In this document: positions 9,841 to 18,472 of the stretch, piece by piece
How positions within the stretch are numbered: the stretch's first letter is position 1
Layout: each line of letters opens with the position of its first letter
IMG/VR virus record: IMGVR_UViG_3300044259_000172
Direction: 5' to 3' (one strand)
DNA from: a virus
Lineage: Duplodnaviria > Heunggongvirae > Uroviricota > Caudoviricetes
DNA: 38,401 bases
The notes under the pieces: generated by a model
Databases searched by the model: none
What the model was told of the DNA's origin: nothing
What the model saw: the letters and a program-made list of their open reading frames with translations, nothing else
Made by a program: the position numbers and the translations under genes

Positions 9841-10836
9841 TTAGGATGAAAGCGCCTTTACAAAGAAGTTATTAATTTCAAGAATTTCGCTATTTCCATT
9901 TGGAACTATTGTTACTAAGTCTCTATTGATAGCCATCGGAATTCCGACATATCTAGCTGAAGGATAATATGATCTATCTTCAAGCGCATATGAGCATTCA
10001 TTTGAATAATTATTATCCCAACCTGAGTAAAATGTTGTGCTTCTTCCAAATGGAAGATATCCAGATGGATTTACCATTTTATAAAGAAGATCTTTCCATT
10101 GATAAAAAGGAATATTTACATCAATGATATATGAAAATAGCATAGTCAGATAATTATCCTGTAAAACTATTGTCGAATCATCAAGTATTCCTTGGACATT
10201 ATCTGAAGATATTAAATATCTTTTTCTTTGAGATGTAAAATCGATTTCAAGATTATAAAGAACTCTAAATAAAAATCTAAATGAATCTTCTGTTCCTCTT
10301 TCTGCATAAAATTCTAAAATATACTTCGAAAGAATAGTTTTATCAACTGCCATATCACTAGGAAAATCTGATAAAACCTCCTTAAAAATATAATCCTTGA
10401 ATTCATCGAATGTAGTATCAATATTTGCATACTTTTCTAGATTGTGAATTAAATCTGATGGTTTATATTCTGCACCAGTATAAAGAAAATAGTATTCAAT
10501 GAGTTTTTTAAATAACGGGTATTCATCGGAAATATATGCAGGAATAAAATCTTCAAGAGTTAATGCTAATGTTCTATCAGCATATTCTATAGTTACACTT
10601 ATAATTCTATCAGAAACAAAAATCCAAAGATCTATATTAGCTTCATTTGGGGCAATATTATAAGTCACCGAATTTGTTCCATTATCTGAAATTTTAGAAA
10701 ATGGAACAATATAGTTTTTGTTAGTCGAAACAAAAATTAATGATGAACTATTTAGAATATATTCAGTATTTCTATATAATCTTATTGATGAAGATTTAAC
10801 ATTATCAAGATTTATTGTATTTGTTACTATATTCAC
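9841..10836 (-). CDS. gp7: Baseplate wedge initiator, gp7-like (short)
   Basis: IPAYISDEYPLFKKLIEYY, NIDTT, EFYAERGTEDSFRFLFRVLYN, LQDNY..FSY, MVNPSG motifs; lies between gp6 and gp8. Confidence 0.7.
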   Translation of the reverse strand: MNIVTNTINLDNVKSSSIRLYRNTEYILNSSSLIFVSTNKNYIVPFSKISDNGTNSVTYNIAPNEANIDLWIFVSDRIISVTIEYADRTLALTLEDFIPAYISDEYPLFKKLIEYYFLYTGAEYKPSDLIHNLEKYANIDTTFDEFKDYIFKEVLSDFPSDMAVDKTILSKYILEFYAERGTEDSFRFLFRVLYNLEIDFTSQRKRYLISSDNVQGILDDSTIVLQDNYLTMLFSYIIDVNIPFYQWKDLLYKMVNPSGYLPFGRSTTFYSGWDNNYSNECSYALEDRSYYPSARYVGIPMAINRDLVTIVPNGNSEILEINNFFVKALSS

Positions 10837-12545
10837 TTGATAACCTCATAACTAATATTAATATCCTTTTCGAGAATTCTTAGAATTGTATAATCTTCAG
10901 AGAAAATACTTTCTCTCTTAGGAAGAGCTGTAATTTCCATAGTATTATCAGTGATCGCTTGAATATTAATTTGACCAAAAGATCCACTTCCTTTGGAAAG
11001 ATCTACGGTTCCAATAGTTTTCACTAAATTTCCATTTGAAACATAATAAAGATTCAAATCAGATCCAGAATTTTTGATAAAACAAGAAACCCCCTGATAA
11101 GTAAATTGATTAGTTTTTAGAGATTGAATTTCATTTTTAAAATCAAAAGTATACGAATCCAAAGTATTTACATAAATTGGTATACGTGATATAATATTTA
11201 AAGAAAAATCATATTGAATATTAACTGAAGTTGTAATATCATTGATAAATTTATTTGAGATAAATTTTCTTTTAAAATCTTCAATATTATTCTCCGAATA
11301 AGATAAAATCGTATCATAAAGATTTGTTTTAATAACATCAGTAGAAACTGTTCCATCAAAATATACATTTAGATTAATATTTAAATCGATATATTCCGGG
11401 GCTTTATATTCTAAATTAGTTAGAATTACAAATCTGGAACTTTCCAATTCTGCTATAATTTCATCAATTCTATCCTGGGTTAAATTATCAATATAAGGAT
11501 TAAGTGAAACGTAAGTGGTTCCGAATGCTCCGGAATTTTTTCCTGACCAAACATTGACAGATTTAATTTCTGGGTAATTGTGAGGAATAATTACATTTGC
11601 ATTATAATCATTAAGAATAATTCCCTGAGAAGAATAATATTTTGGGGCATTGAATTTTATAGAATCAATACTTTCTAAATCTGCCCCTCCTGAGGATTTT
11701 TCCTTTACATTTATGGTAAATTTTGCACTATTAATTGGATCTGAAACTGTAGGAGTTTTTCCAAAATTAAAATTTTTATAATCATTTCCATTGATACCTG
11801 ATGATACAAGATATGTCACAATGACACTTCTATTCTTTGGAACTACTTTTCCTAATACTCCATCCCCAAAATAGATCTTATACAAATCATTAAAGCTAGT
11901 CTCAAGATAAAATACTTTACTATCTGATTTCGCATCGAATATTCTATTCATTTTTTCATATTTTGTATAAACAACGGAATTTAAATCTTCTTGAACATAT
12001 ACTTCAATAGTAGAAGTGTCTACATTCGCATTAGGAATTTCTATAAAATCTCCATCGAATGCAACAGTAGTATTTGTAAAAATTCCTTCATAGATTGGAA
12101 TAGAAGAAAATGTGTATCGATTTCCTATTCTCTGAGCAATATATGATGAAGTTGTCATAAAAGAAAGAGTTTCGGTTGAAGATTTATTTGTTAAAAATTT
12201 CGTTCCTTTAGGAAGAAACAGAGTATTTGGTAAATTAGAAGAATCTGAATCTGTGACAATAATATCAATGATTGATCTTGCTGATGTAACAGATTTAGGT
12301 GTGTACATCAACATTTTTGCTCTTGATGTTACATTTTTTCTCAACTGGGCCGAATCTAAAAACATTTCAGAATTGGATACATTTGCCTGAATGGAATCTA
12401 CATGAATTCCATATGACATTAAATTGATAATTTGATCAAGTCCTGATTGGGTTAGATCAAAATCAGTAAATTCAGTCTGAGATTGCAAAAAATTTTTGAA
12501 ATCATCTCTAAGATCAGAAAAATCTGTTTTTGCTATAACTGCCAT
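10833..12545 (-). CDS. gp6: Baseplate wedge subunit, T4 gp6-like
   Basis: DFSDLRDDFKNFLQSQTEFTDFD, EMFLDSAQLRKNVTSRAKMLMYTPKS, IYFGDGVLGK, GGADLESIDSIKFNAP. Confidence 0.92.
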   Translation of the reverse strand: MAVIAKTDFSDLRDDFKNFLQSQTEFTDFDLTQSGLDQIINLMSYGIHVDSIQANVSNSEMFLDSAQLRKNVTSRAKMLMYTPKSVTSARSIIDIIVTDSDSSNLPNTLFLPKGTKFLTNKSSTETLSFMTTSSYIAQRIGNRYTFSSIPIYEGIFTNTTVAFDGDFIEIPNANVDTSTIEVYVQEDLNSVVYTKYEKMNRIFDAKSDSKVFYLETSFNDLYKIYFGDGVLGKVVPKNRSVIVTYLVSSGINGNDYKNFNFGKTPTVSDPINSAKFTINVKEKSSGGADLESIDSIKFNAPKYYSSQGIILNDYNANVIIPHNYPEIKSVNVWSGKNSGAFGTTYVSLNPYIDNLTQDRIDEIIAELESSRFVILTNLEYKAPEYIDLNINLNVYFDGTVSTDVIKTNLYDTILSYSENNIEDFKRKFISNKFINDITTSVNIQYDFSLNIISRIPIYVNTLDSYTFDFKNEIQSLKTNQFTYQGVSCFIKNSGSDLNLYYVSNGNLVKTIGTVDLSKGSGSFGQINIQAITDNTMEITALPKRESIFSEDYTILRILEKDINISYEVIK

Positions 12546-12551
12546 AATGTT

Positions 12552-12932
12552 TTAATGAATCCTTTTTAAGATAGTTTTAAAGACTCCAACAAGTCTTGTC
12601 TGATTTATTGTATATGAAATAGAGGCAGTTAAATTATGATCTTCCATTTGGACGATAATTTCATCCACTGTTATTCTAGGTTCAAATTGTTTTATTATAT
12701 TTTCTATAACATTCTTTAGAGTATCTGCTATAAATTGGCTATATGGTAAAAATAATAAATTTCTGACATCTGCAGAAATATTATTCAGAAAAGGAATATC
12801 ATCTTGCTCAGTCAAAATCAACATTTTTAAATGCTGATTTATAGCTTCTACATTTACTTTTTTCCTGATATCTCCTTTAGCCGTCATTCCTAAGGACATA
12901 TCGATATCTGTATATTTTTTTATTACTACCAT
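12552..12932 (-). CDS. gp25: Baseplate wedge subunit, T4 gp25-like
   Basis: YTDID, DI.KKVNVEAINQ.LKMLILT...PF, I..II..FEPR. Confidence 0.9.
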   Translation of the reverse strand: MVVIKKYTDIDMSLGMTAKGDIRKKVNVEAINQHLKMLILTEQDDIPFLNNISADVRNLLFLPYSQFIADTLKNVIENIIKQFEPRITVDEIIVQMEDHNLTASISYTINQTRLVGVFKTILKRIH

Positions 12933-12937
12933 AAGAC

Positions 12938-12945
12938 TATTTATA
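12938..12945 (-). promoter_or_regulatory. T4-type late promoter TATAAATA
   Basis: Exact TATAAATA on the minus strand ending 5 nt before the gp25 ATG. Confidence 0.7.
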
Positions 12946-13013
12946 TTTCTTTAAGGTGTCATATATGATATCTTAAATTGATTCTGTTATCACAAAGATC
13001 AATTTATGTCACT

Positions 13014-14906
13014 TTAAATGTAAGTGAACCCTTTATCGAATCCTTTAACTTCTGTATCACCTGATGCATAAGATTGAGTTTTAGAAGTATCTATAGGAGT
13101 AAATTTTTCTATTGACTTTGAAATTTTATCACTTTTTGAATTTTTAGTTCCATCCGAAAGAGTATTAGCGGCTCCTCCATCAGATCCTCCTCCAGATTCT
13201 GCGGGTGCTGATCCAGCTGAACCACCTAAAGCACTAGCTAATCTAACTACTCCCCCTCTATCGGCCCATTCAGCTCTATCAACTTTAGGACTAGCATTAA
13301 TTTGAGATCCTTGTAATTTAAGAGCTCCTGTAGAAAATACTGATGTTGTTCCATTTGAAGTGAATGTGCTATTTCCAGATGATGAACCTACTACCGAATT
13401 TCCTTTTGATACTACATTCATATTTCCTACTGATAAAATATTAGCATTTCCATTAGCAGATAATGAAAAATTACCTCCAATATTTAAAGATGAATCTGAT
13501 GCGGAAATCATGTTTATTTTTTTAGCAGATCCTAGAGAAATGTCTCCATCATGAGAAATTCCCGAAATAGAAGCAGCTTGAATCGATAAATCTCCATCTA
13601 CCCCATAATTTTGAAATCCTCCAATATTCACAGCAGAATCTCCTACTATTTTTAACAATGAAGATCCATCGATACTTTCACTTTTCTTTCCATTAACAAC
13701 AACATTATAATTTCCTCCTACAAGAAGATTATAATCATTTGCAATGGAATGATTTAAAGACCCATTAACCTTAAGACCACAATCTCCATTAACTATAATT
13801 TGGCAAGTTCCATTGACTAAAATAAAATTGTTTCCTAAAATGGCTTCATATGAACTTCCTACGACAATATGTCTATATGATCCATCTGGCATAACTTCAT
13901 ATCCTGTCCCAGTTTTATGCCTTTCTTGGATTCTTTCAAATCCTGGAGTGCTATCATATTCTTTAAAATGCCCAGATTCATATTCATTCATTTTATTATG
14001 AGGGAAAACGGGCGCTGCTGGTGAAGAAGGAAATGCGAATGATGCCGCATCAGGTTGAACTTGAGATGAAACGGCATTATGAGCTGCGGCATCATAGGCT
14101 TGTTTAAAATTAGAAGCTTTGGCAGCAGAAATTGGGTCACTATTAGTTCCACCAAATTCAGAAACCATCATTGCATAATATTGAGATGCCTTTGTTCCAT
14201 TAGCATCTGCACCATCTGATCCATTTCTTAAATTTCTAGCTCCTCCTGCACCAGTTAAATGAGCAGCTGCTAAATAACCAGCAACTTCATCAGCAGGAGA
14301 TCCAGGATTTATAACTTTCATTCTAAGTAATGCTTTATAATTCATTCTAGTGTATTGCAAAATACACTTATTTTGAATTTCTTGATTACTTAAAAACGAT
14401 TCCTGGGAAGAAATGCTTTCCTTTCCAGTCCAAGATGAAGGATTTTTAAGAGCTCTAGTTGCACATCCAGCATTTACAAATCCTAAGTCTTGTAAAGCAG
14501 GTGATCCTAATTGCCATCTTCCAGAATAACCGATGCTATTAACTTTAGAATAATCATTTCCAGATTCTCTTTGCCCTAAACGATTTTTATATTTTTCCCA
14601 TTGATCTGATGTAAATGGCCCCACAGTTTCATTTGCTGCATATGATTGTTCTGATGTAGAATCTTGAGCTTTATCTCCTACCCCATCAGAATTTGAAGCA
14701 AATTCTAAATGGCTTGGTACCTCGTGATCAGCCTTTTCAGCGATATCTCTCACATCTGGTTTAGTTTTAGCAAAAGTTGTAGCAGCCATATTGGTCGATG
14801 GATGACCAATATCTCTATATTCAGGTCTAGAGTAAGAATTTACATCATCGCTTTTGGAGGTTGACGTAGTTTTATCCTGAATAAATTGAGCAATGTCTAT
14901 TCTCAT
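13014..14906 (-). CDS. gp5: gp5 C-terminal half: lysozyme-like (SLT/GH23-type) domain plus triple beta-helix needle
   Basis: LGQRESGNDYSKVNSIGYSGRWQLG...YLAAAHLTGAGG lysozyme-fold motifs; FPHNKMNEYESGHFKEYDSTPGFERIQERHKTGT matches T4 gp5 YPY..ETESGHIQEFDDTPGQER; followed by 8-residue VxG beta-helix repeats; no OB fold. Confidence 0.85.
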   Translation of the reverse strand: MRIDIAQFIQDKTTSTSKSDDVNSYSRPEYRDIGHPSTNMAATTFAKTKPDVRDIAEKADHEVPSHLEFASNSDGVGDKAQDSTSEQSYAANETVGPFTSDQWEKYKNRLGQRESGNDYSKVNSIGYSGRWQLGSPALQDLGFVNAGCATRALKNPSSWTGKESISSQESFLSNQEIQNKCILQYTRMNYKALLRMKVINPGSPADEVAGYLAAAHLTGAGGARNLRNGSDGADANGTKASQYYAMMVSEFGGTNSDPISAAKASNFKQAYDAAAHNAVSSQVQPDAASFAFPSSPAAPVFPHNKMNEYESGHFKEYDSTPGFERIQERHKTGTGYEVMPDGSYRHIVVGSSYEAILGNNFILVNGTCQIIVNGDCGLKVNGSLNHSIANDYNLLVGGNYNVVVNGKKSESIDGSSLLKIVGDSAVNIGGFQNYGVDGDLSIQAASISGISHDGDISLGSAKKINMISASDSSLNIGGNFSLSANGNANILSVGNMNVVSKGNSVVGSSSGNSTFTSNGTTSVFSTGALKLQGSQINASPKVDRAEWADRGGVVRLASALGGSAGSAPAESGGGSDGGAANTLSDGTKNSKSDKISKSIEKFTPIDTSKTQSYASGDTEVKGFDKGFTYI

Positions 14907-15748
14907 ATAGGAGTAAATACCGTATCTGTATCAATTTTACGAAGCGTTTTTAAATCTTCATAAGAATATTTTATTTCATCTACAGTTAGAATTTGGGAAA
15001 AATTATCAATAACTGAATTTAATGAAGATATTAAATTATCCATCTGTTCTTTATCTTTTATGAATTTTATAAACGAAGAATAAGATGCAATATAATCATA
15101 TAATATATCTATAGCATTATTCAGCTGGTCATAAATTGAATAGACTTCATTATATACTTCATCAGAATTAAAAATGGACTGTATTCCGCTTGAATATGAT
15201 GTTAGATTATAACTAGAATGAATATCAACTAATTGGTCAATAATATCAAACAGAATTGTATTTTGATTGAATATTTCCAATCTAGAAATATTCAATTGGA
15301 TATAATAATCAGTAACTAATTTTGCATTTTCTTCAGAACTATTTCTAATATATCTTTCTATGAATGAAGGAAAAATATTGAATGGATTATAATTCAATTT
15401 TAAATTTGCAGAATTTAATTTATTTTCCGATTCTTTAAATGAATAAGAGGTTTTGTTAAATTCTGCCACATCTTTAAATAGTGATGATAATCCATTATCA
15501 GAAACAAGTTTAGATAATTCTTTCGTTAATCCATTTTTTGCTAATTGTGCAATATCAGATGGAGAAATATTTGTGTTGAATATATTTCTAAATGATTGAG
15601 CAGTTTGAAAAATTGATCCTAAATCAGAAGCTAGAGCATTTATTTTTGTAGGATCAAAATCAATATCAAAGGGTCTTGCAATTTCTGTAGGCAAGACTGT
15701 TTGTAAAATATCTTTTGCGTCATCAATTTTATTATAAAATAAGCTCAT
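14903..15748 (-). CDS. Hypothetical, probably alpha-helical, protein between the two gp5 halves
   Basis: 281-aa ORF with 4-nt start/stop overlaps at both ends; no motif recognised. Confidence 0.7.
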   Translation of the reverse strand: MSLFYNKIDDAKDILQTVLPTEIARPFDIDFDPTKINALASDLGSIFQTAQSFRNIFNTNISPSDIAQLAKNGLTKELSKLVSDNGLSSLFKDVAEFNKTSYSFKESENKLNSANLKLNYNPFNIFPSFIERYIRNSSEENAKLVTDYYIQLNISRLEIFNQNTILFDIIDQLVDIHSSYNLTSYSSGIQSIFNSDEVYNEVYSIYDQLNNAIDILYDYIASYSSFIKFIKDKEQMDNLISSLNSVIDNFSQILTVDEIKYSYEDLKTLRKIDTDTVFTPI

Positions 15749-16578
15749 GCTGGTGTATAAATTCCTACTAAATTTGCCTGAGAATACCCAGATATTTTAA
15801 CCTGGTCAGATTGATTTCCTCCTAGAACTAAAATTCTTCCATTCTGAGTACCACAAACGAAGCCAACATGACCAGATTGAGAATTAGTTCCTCTATTAAA
15901 AACTACAATATCACCATATTCAATATTATCCTTTTTTCTAAATGAAGGAGAAGTAGTAAAAGATTTTGCAAACCCGGTCACTCCTTTAATTGAAACTCCT
16001 GCATTCTTCAAACACCATGCAGCGAATGCAGCACACCATGGGGTTTCATCTCCAGATCCAATTCCTACGGTTTTTAAATATTCCATAATTTTAGGATTAT
16101 GTTGAGATCCTTTTATTTCTTTTGTTCCTATTTCCCCTCTAGCAATTTGAAGCCATTTTGGCCCATCACCTTTTGGTGTAAAATCTCCAGGAACTCCATT
16201 ATTGTTATCATTTACATTATTAGAACCTTTTGAAACTATATCAGTAGGAGATCCAGTTCCTTCTAAGGTATTCACAGAACCTAAAACAAAAGGCATCTGT
16301 TGGTCTTTTCCATCTAACCAAATTCCAAATACTGTTGATCCTTCCATTAATCCATTAGGAGTTGTTCCTACTCCAGACAAAGAAGCATTTGTTGCAGGCA
16401 TTAAAATTTGGGCCCAAGGCAAAAGATTTGTAGGAATAAGAGTTTTGTCTTCAGTATGACTTCCAAAGACTCTAACTCTAACTCTTCCTAATTGAATAGG
16501 ATCAGCTCTATCTTCTACTACTCCGAACCAAAATTGAGGATCGGTTCCAAAATAATTTGGAAGATATTGTTGCTTCAC
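15745..16578 (-). CDS. gp5: gp5 N-terminal half: OB fold plus NlpC/P60-CHAP-like (TIGR02594-type) peptidoglycan endopeptidase
   Basis: WFGVVEDRADPIQLGRVRVRVFGSH...LPWA...GLMEGSTVFGIWLDG..QQMPFVLGS is the gp5 OB fold; PKWLQIARGEIG.KE...NPKI..Y...DETPWCAAF...GHVGF...VLGGNQ is the TIGR02594 signature; GTG start. Confidence 0.88.
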   Translation of the reverse strand: MKQQYLPNYFGTDPQFWFGVVEDRADPIQLGRVRVRVFGSHTEDKTLIPTNLLPWAQILMPATNASLSGVGTTPNGLMEGSTVFGIWLDGKDQQMPFVLGSVNTLEGTGSPTDIVSKGSNNVNDNNNGVPGDFTPKGDGPKWLQIARGEIGTKEIKGSQHNPKIMEYLKTVGIGSGDETPWCAAFAAWCLKNAGVSIKGVTGFAKSFTTSPSFRKKDNIEYGDIVVFNRGTNSQSGHVGFVCGTQNGRILVLGGNQSDQVKISGYSQANLVGIYTPA

Positions 16579-16886
16579 TTAATCACCGTCTTATTTGCTT
16601 CATTAATTTGAGCATTTCTTTTTGCAATATATTCTTTAACTGCTGCCATATTAGGGGCGCATCTCAAATTATTATTTCTAAAGAGTTTATCAATGAAATC
16701 TATAAGTTGTTTATTTGTCGCATCTAATGGAGGAAAATCAGATTGTTTGATATATGGGCACACTAGAAGTGAGTCAGGAATAGCAATATTCTCGAATGTA
16801 GGTTTATCAACGTATATAGTCTTAGTGCACCCTTGGGCAAGGGCGAGGACGCAGGCCAATACTAGAACTTTAGATATTGATTTCAT
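16575..16886 (-). CDS. o-spanin (outer-membrane lipoprotein, Rz1-like)
   Basis: Signal peptide with lipobox LAQG-C, IPDSLLVCP, downstream of and overlapping the i-spanin. Confidence 0.8.
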   Translation of the reverse strand: MKSISKVLVLACVLALAQGCTKTIYVDKPTFENIAIPDSLLVCPYIKQSDFPPLDATNKQLIDFIDKLFRNNNLRCAPNMAAVKEYIAKRNAQINEANKTVIK

Positions 16887-17251
16887 TTTCCATACACTCC
16901 TTGAACTCTCTTTAGATATTCCATAACAGATTTTGGAGCCTTTTCATTTTCATCGGTTCCAAGATTAGAAGTTGTTCCTTCTAATTTTTGGCTTAAATCC
17001 GAAACTTCCTGATCTCTCTTGTTTACCTGATCATTTATCAATTTATAGTTATCTTCAGCCAATTTTAATTTGACATTTAATTCTCTATTTGATTTATCAA
17101 GTTCCTCAATTCTCACTTTTTGCGTTGCATTTTCTTGAATGATTGAATATGATTTATATCCAACTACAGAAATGAAAATTAGGCCGGCAATAATTGCCAG
17201 CCACTTTATATTTGTTTTTAAAAATAGGGTAATAGCTTCTAATGTAAACAT
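16883..17251 (-). CDS. i-spanin (Rz-like)
   Basis: Single N-terminal TM segment (WLAIIAGLIFISVVGY) then a long coiled coil; paired with a lipoprotein. Confidence 0.78.
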   Translation of the reverse strand: MFTLEAITLFLKTNIKWLAIIAGLIFISVVGYKSYSIIQENATQKVRIEELDKSNRELNVKLKLAEDNYKLINDQVNKRDQEVSDLSQKLEGTTSNLGTDENEKAPKSVMEYLKRVQGVYGK

Positions 17252-17269
17252 GATAAAGTATTTATCATG
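17249..17269 (-). promoter_or_regulatory. Late promoter-like GATAAATA (17259-17266) inside a perfect 9-bp hairpin that includes the i-spanin start codon
   Basis: Minus strand CATGATAAA-TAC-TTTATCATG; the 3' arm ends in the ATG. Confidence 0.6.
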
Positions 17270-17275
17270 AGATGA

Positions 17276-17512
17276 TTAAGCAGGACCATTTTCCCTTCGA
17301 GATTTAATATAATTTTCTGCACCAATATTCATATTGATTCGATCTTTATTCCATTCTCGAAGCTCATGCCCTTTCTGAAGAGGAACTACCTTCATAGAAG
17401 TTACATCAGGCTTACGACGATCAGCATCGATGATCCAACGAAATACCTGTGGAAGGCGATCATATGAACGCTTAGACATTTGTGGATACAATTCCATTTC
17501 ATTTGCTCGCAT
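17276..17512 (-). CDS. Hypothetical protein (78 aa)
   Basis: ORF track; AGGA upstream; co-oriented with neighbours. Confidence 0.55.
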   Translation of the reverse strand: MRANEMELYPQMSKRSYDRLPQVFRWIIDADRRKPDVTSMKVVPLQKGHELREWNKDRINMNIGAENYIKSRRENGPA

Positions 17513-17525
17513 TGTATATGTCCTT

Positions 17526-18095
17526 TCAAGACGGATAAGAAAAATTTTCCAAAAGTGGCATTAATTCTTTTTCGATAGAATCGCCATAAAACCCAAAACT
17601 ATTCATTGTTTTTGTTCTAGTTTCAAGAGGAGTCTTCATAATTTGTTTTATCACTCTATTTCTGAATTTGATATCAAATTCAAATTTAAGTCTTCGTTCA
17701 ATTTTATTTTCAATCTTAAACATTTGATGAACTTGATCTTTACCGAGGGTTTTAATCAATTCATCAAATTTTTCAAAATCCATGGACTGGCGAAGATTAT
17801 TACATTTATAACAAGAAATTTCTAAATTTTTAGGATCATTGGATCCACCAAATTCTTTACAAATAATATGCTCAAGTGTTGCAATTAATAACTCATCATC
17901 ATGAACATCAGAATCTAAATAAGTTTTTTCTCCACAAAAGCAACACTTTCCTTCATTTATTATCCACTTTCTCCTCTTAATGATTTGAAGATTTAAAGAT
18001 TTCAAAGACCAAATATCATCCTTTTCTAAGAGAGATTTAATCCGAGATCCATGAGCTTCAAAGCTCAAATCAAATAAGTTATCAGTGATAGACAT
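17526..18095 (-). CDS. Free-standing HNH endonuclease
   Basis: CCFCG...ATLEHIICKEFGGSNDPKNLEISCYKCN (CxxC...H...N...CxxCN). Confidence 0.85.
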   Translation of the reverse strand: MSITDNLFDLSFEAHGSRIKSLLEKDDIWSLKSLNLQIIKRRKWIINEGKCCFCGEKTYLDSDVHDDELLIATLEHIICKEFGGSNDPKNLEISCYKCNNLRQSMDFEKFDELIKTLGKDQVHQMFKIENKIERRLKFEFDIKFRNRVIKQIMKTPLETRTKTMNSFGFYGDSIEKELMPLLENFSYPS

Positions 18096-18124
18096 TTTTA
18101 CAACCTATGTTCAACTCTTGATAT

Positions 18125-18153
18125 TTTATATCACATGCAGAAGATAATGTAAA
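18125..18153 (-). promoter_or_regulatory. Early-type sigma70-like promoter
   Basis: TTTACA-N17-TATAAA in the intergenic gap upstream of the HNH gene. Confidence 0.55.
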
Positions 18154-18166
18154 TAGTCTATGTAAA

Positions 18167-18472
18167 TTAATATTTTTTAAAATCCAAAAGCCCTGCTGCC
18201 TCATTTTTATAAATTGAGGTAATTTCTCTTTTAAGATTATCAATTTCAAAAATCAATTCTGATCTTGTTTTACCTTCATATTCATCATAAAGAGGATGAG
18301 TCATTCCATAATCTTCAGGTTTATACCCTAATGATACAATGTAATTATATGGATGATCTTTATCATCATGGTTTAGGGCAAACCTATTAACTATCATTCC
18401 TCCTCGCTTAATCCAAACTGGAACTTCAATATCAGGAGGAAGATTGGTATCAATATCAGCTACAGTATTCAT
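18167..18472 (-). CDS. Hypothetical protein (101 aa)
   Basis: ORF track; 1-nt overlap with the upstream gene. Confidence 0.55.
   Translation of the reverse strand: MNTVADIDTNLPPDIEVPVWIKRGGMIVNRFALNHDDKDHPYNYIVSLGYKPEDYGMTHPLYDEYEGKTRSELIFEIDNLKREITSIYKNEAAGLLDFKKY

Noticed and set aside
12951-13003. Two imperfect palindromes between gp5C and gp25 as a terminator or ncRNA
   Set aside because: AT-rich, no U-tract, and one pairs better on the non-coding strand; no function can be supported
14903-15748. Self-splicing intron or homing endonuclease interrupting gp5
   Set aside because: 4-nt overlaps at both ends leave no room for an intron core; no LAGLIDADG, GIY-YIG or HNH motif; the three ORFs are in three different frames
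16883-17251. Holin call for the single-TM protein
   Set aside because: A long periplasmic coiled coil and an overlapping lipoprotein partner fit an i-spanin better
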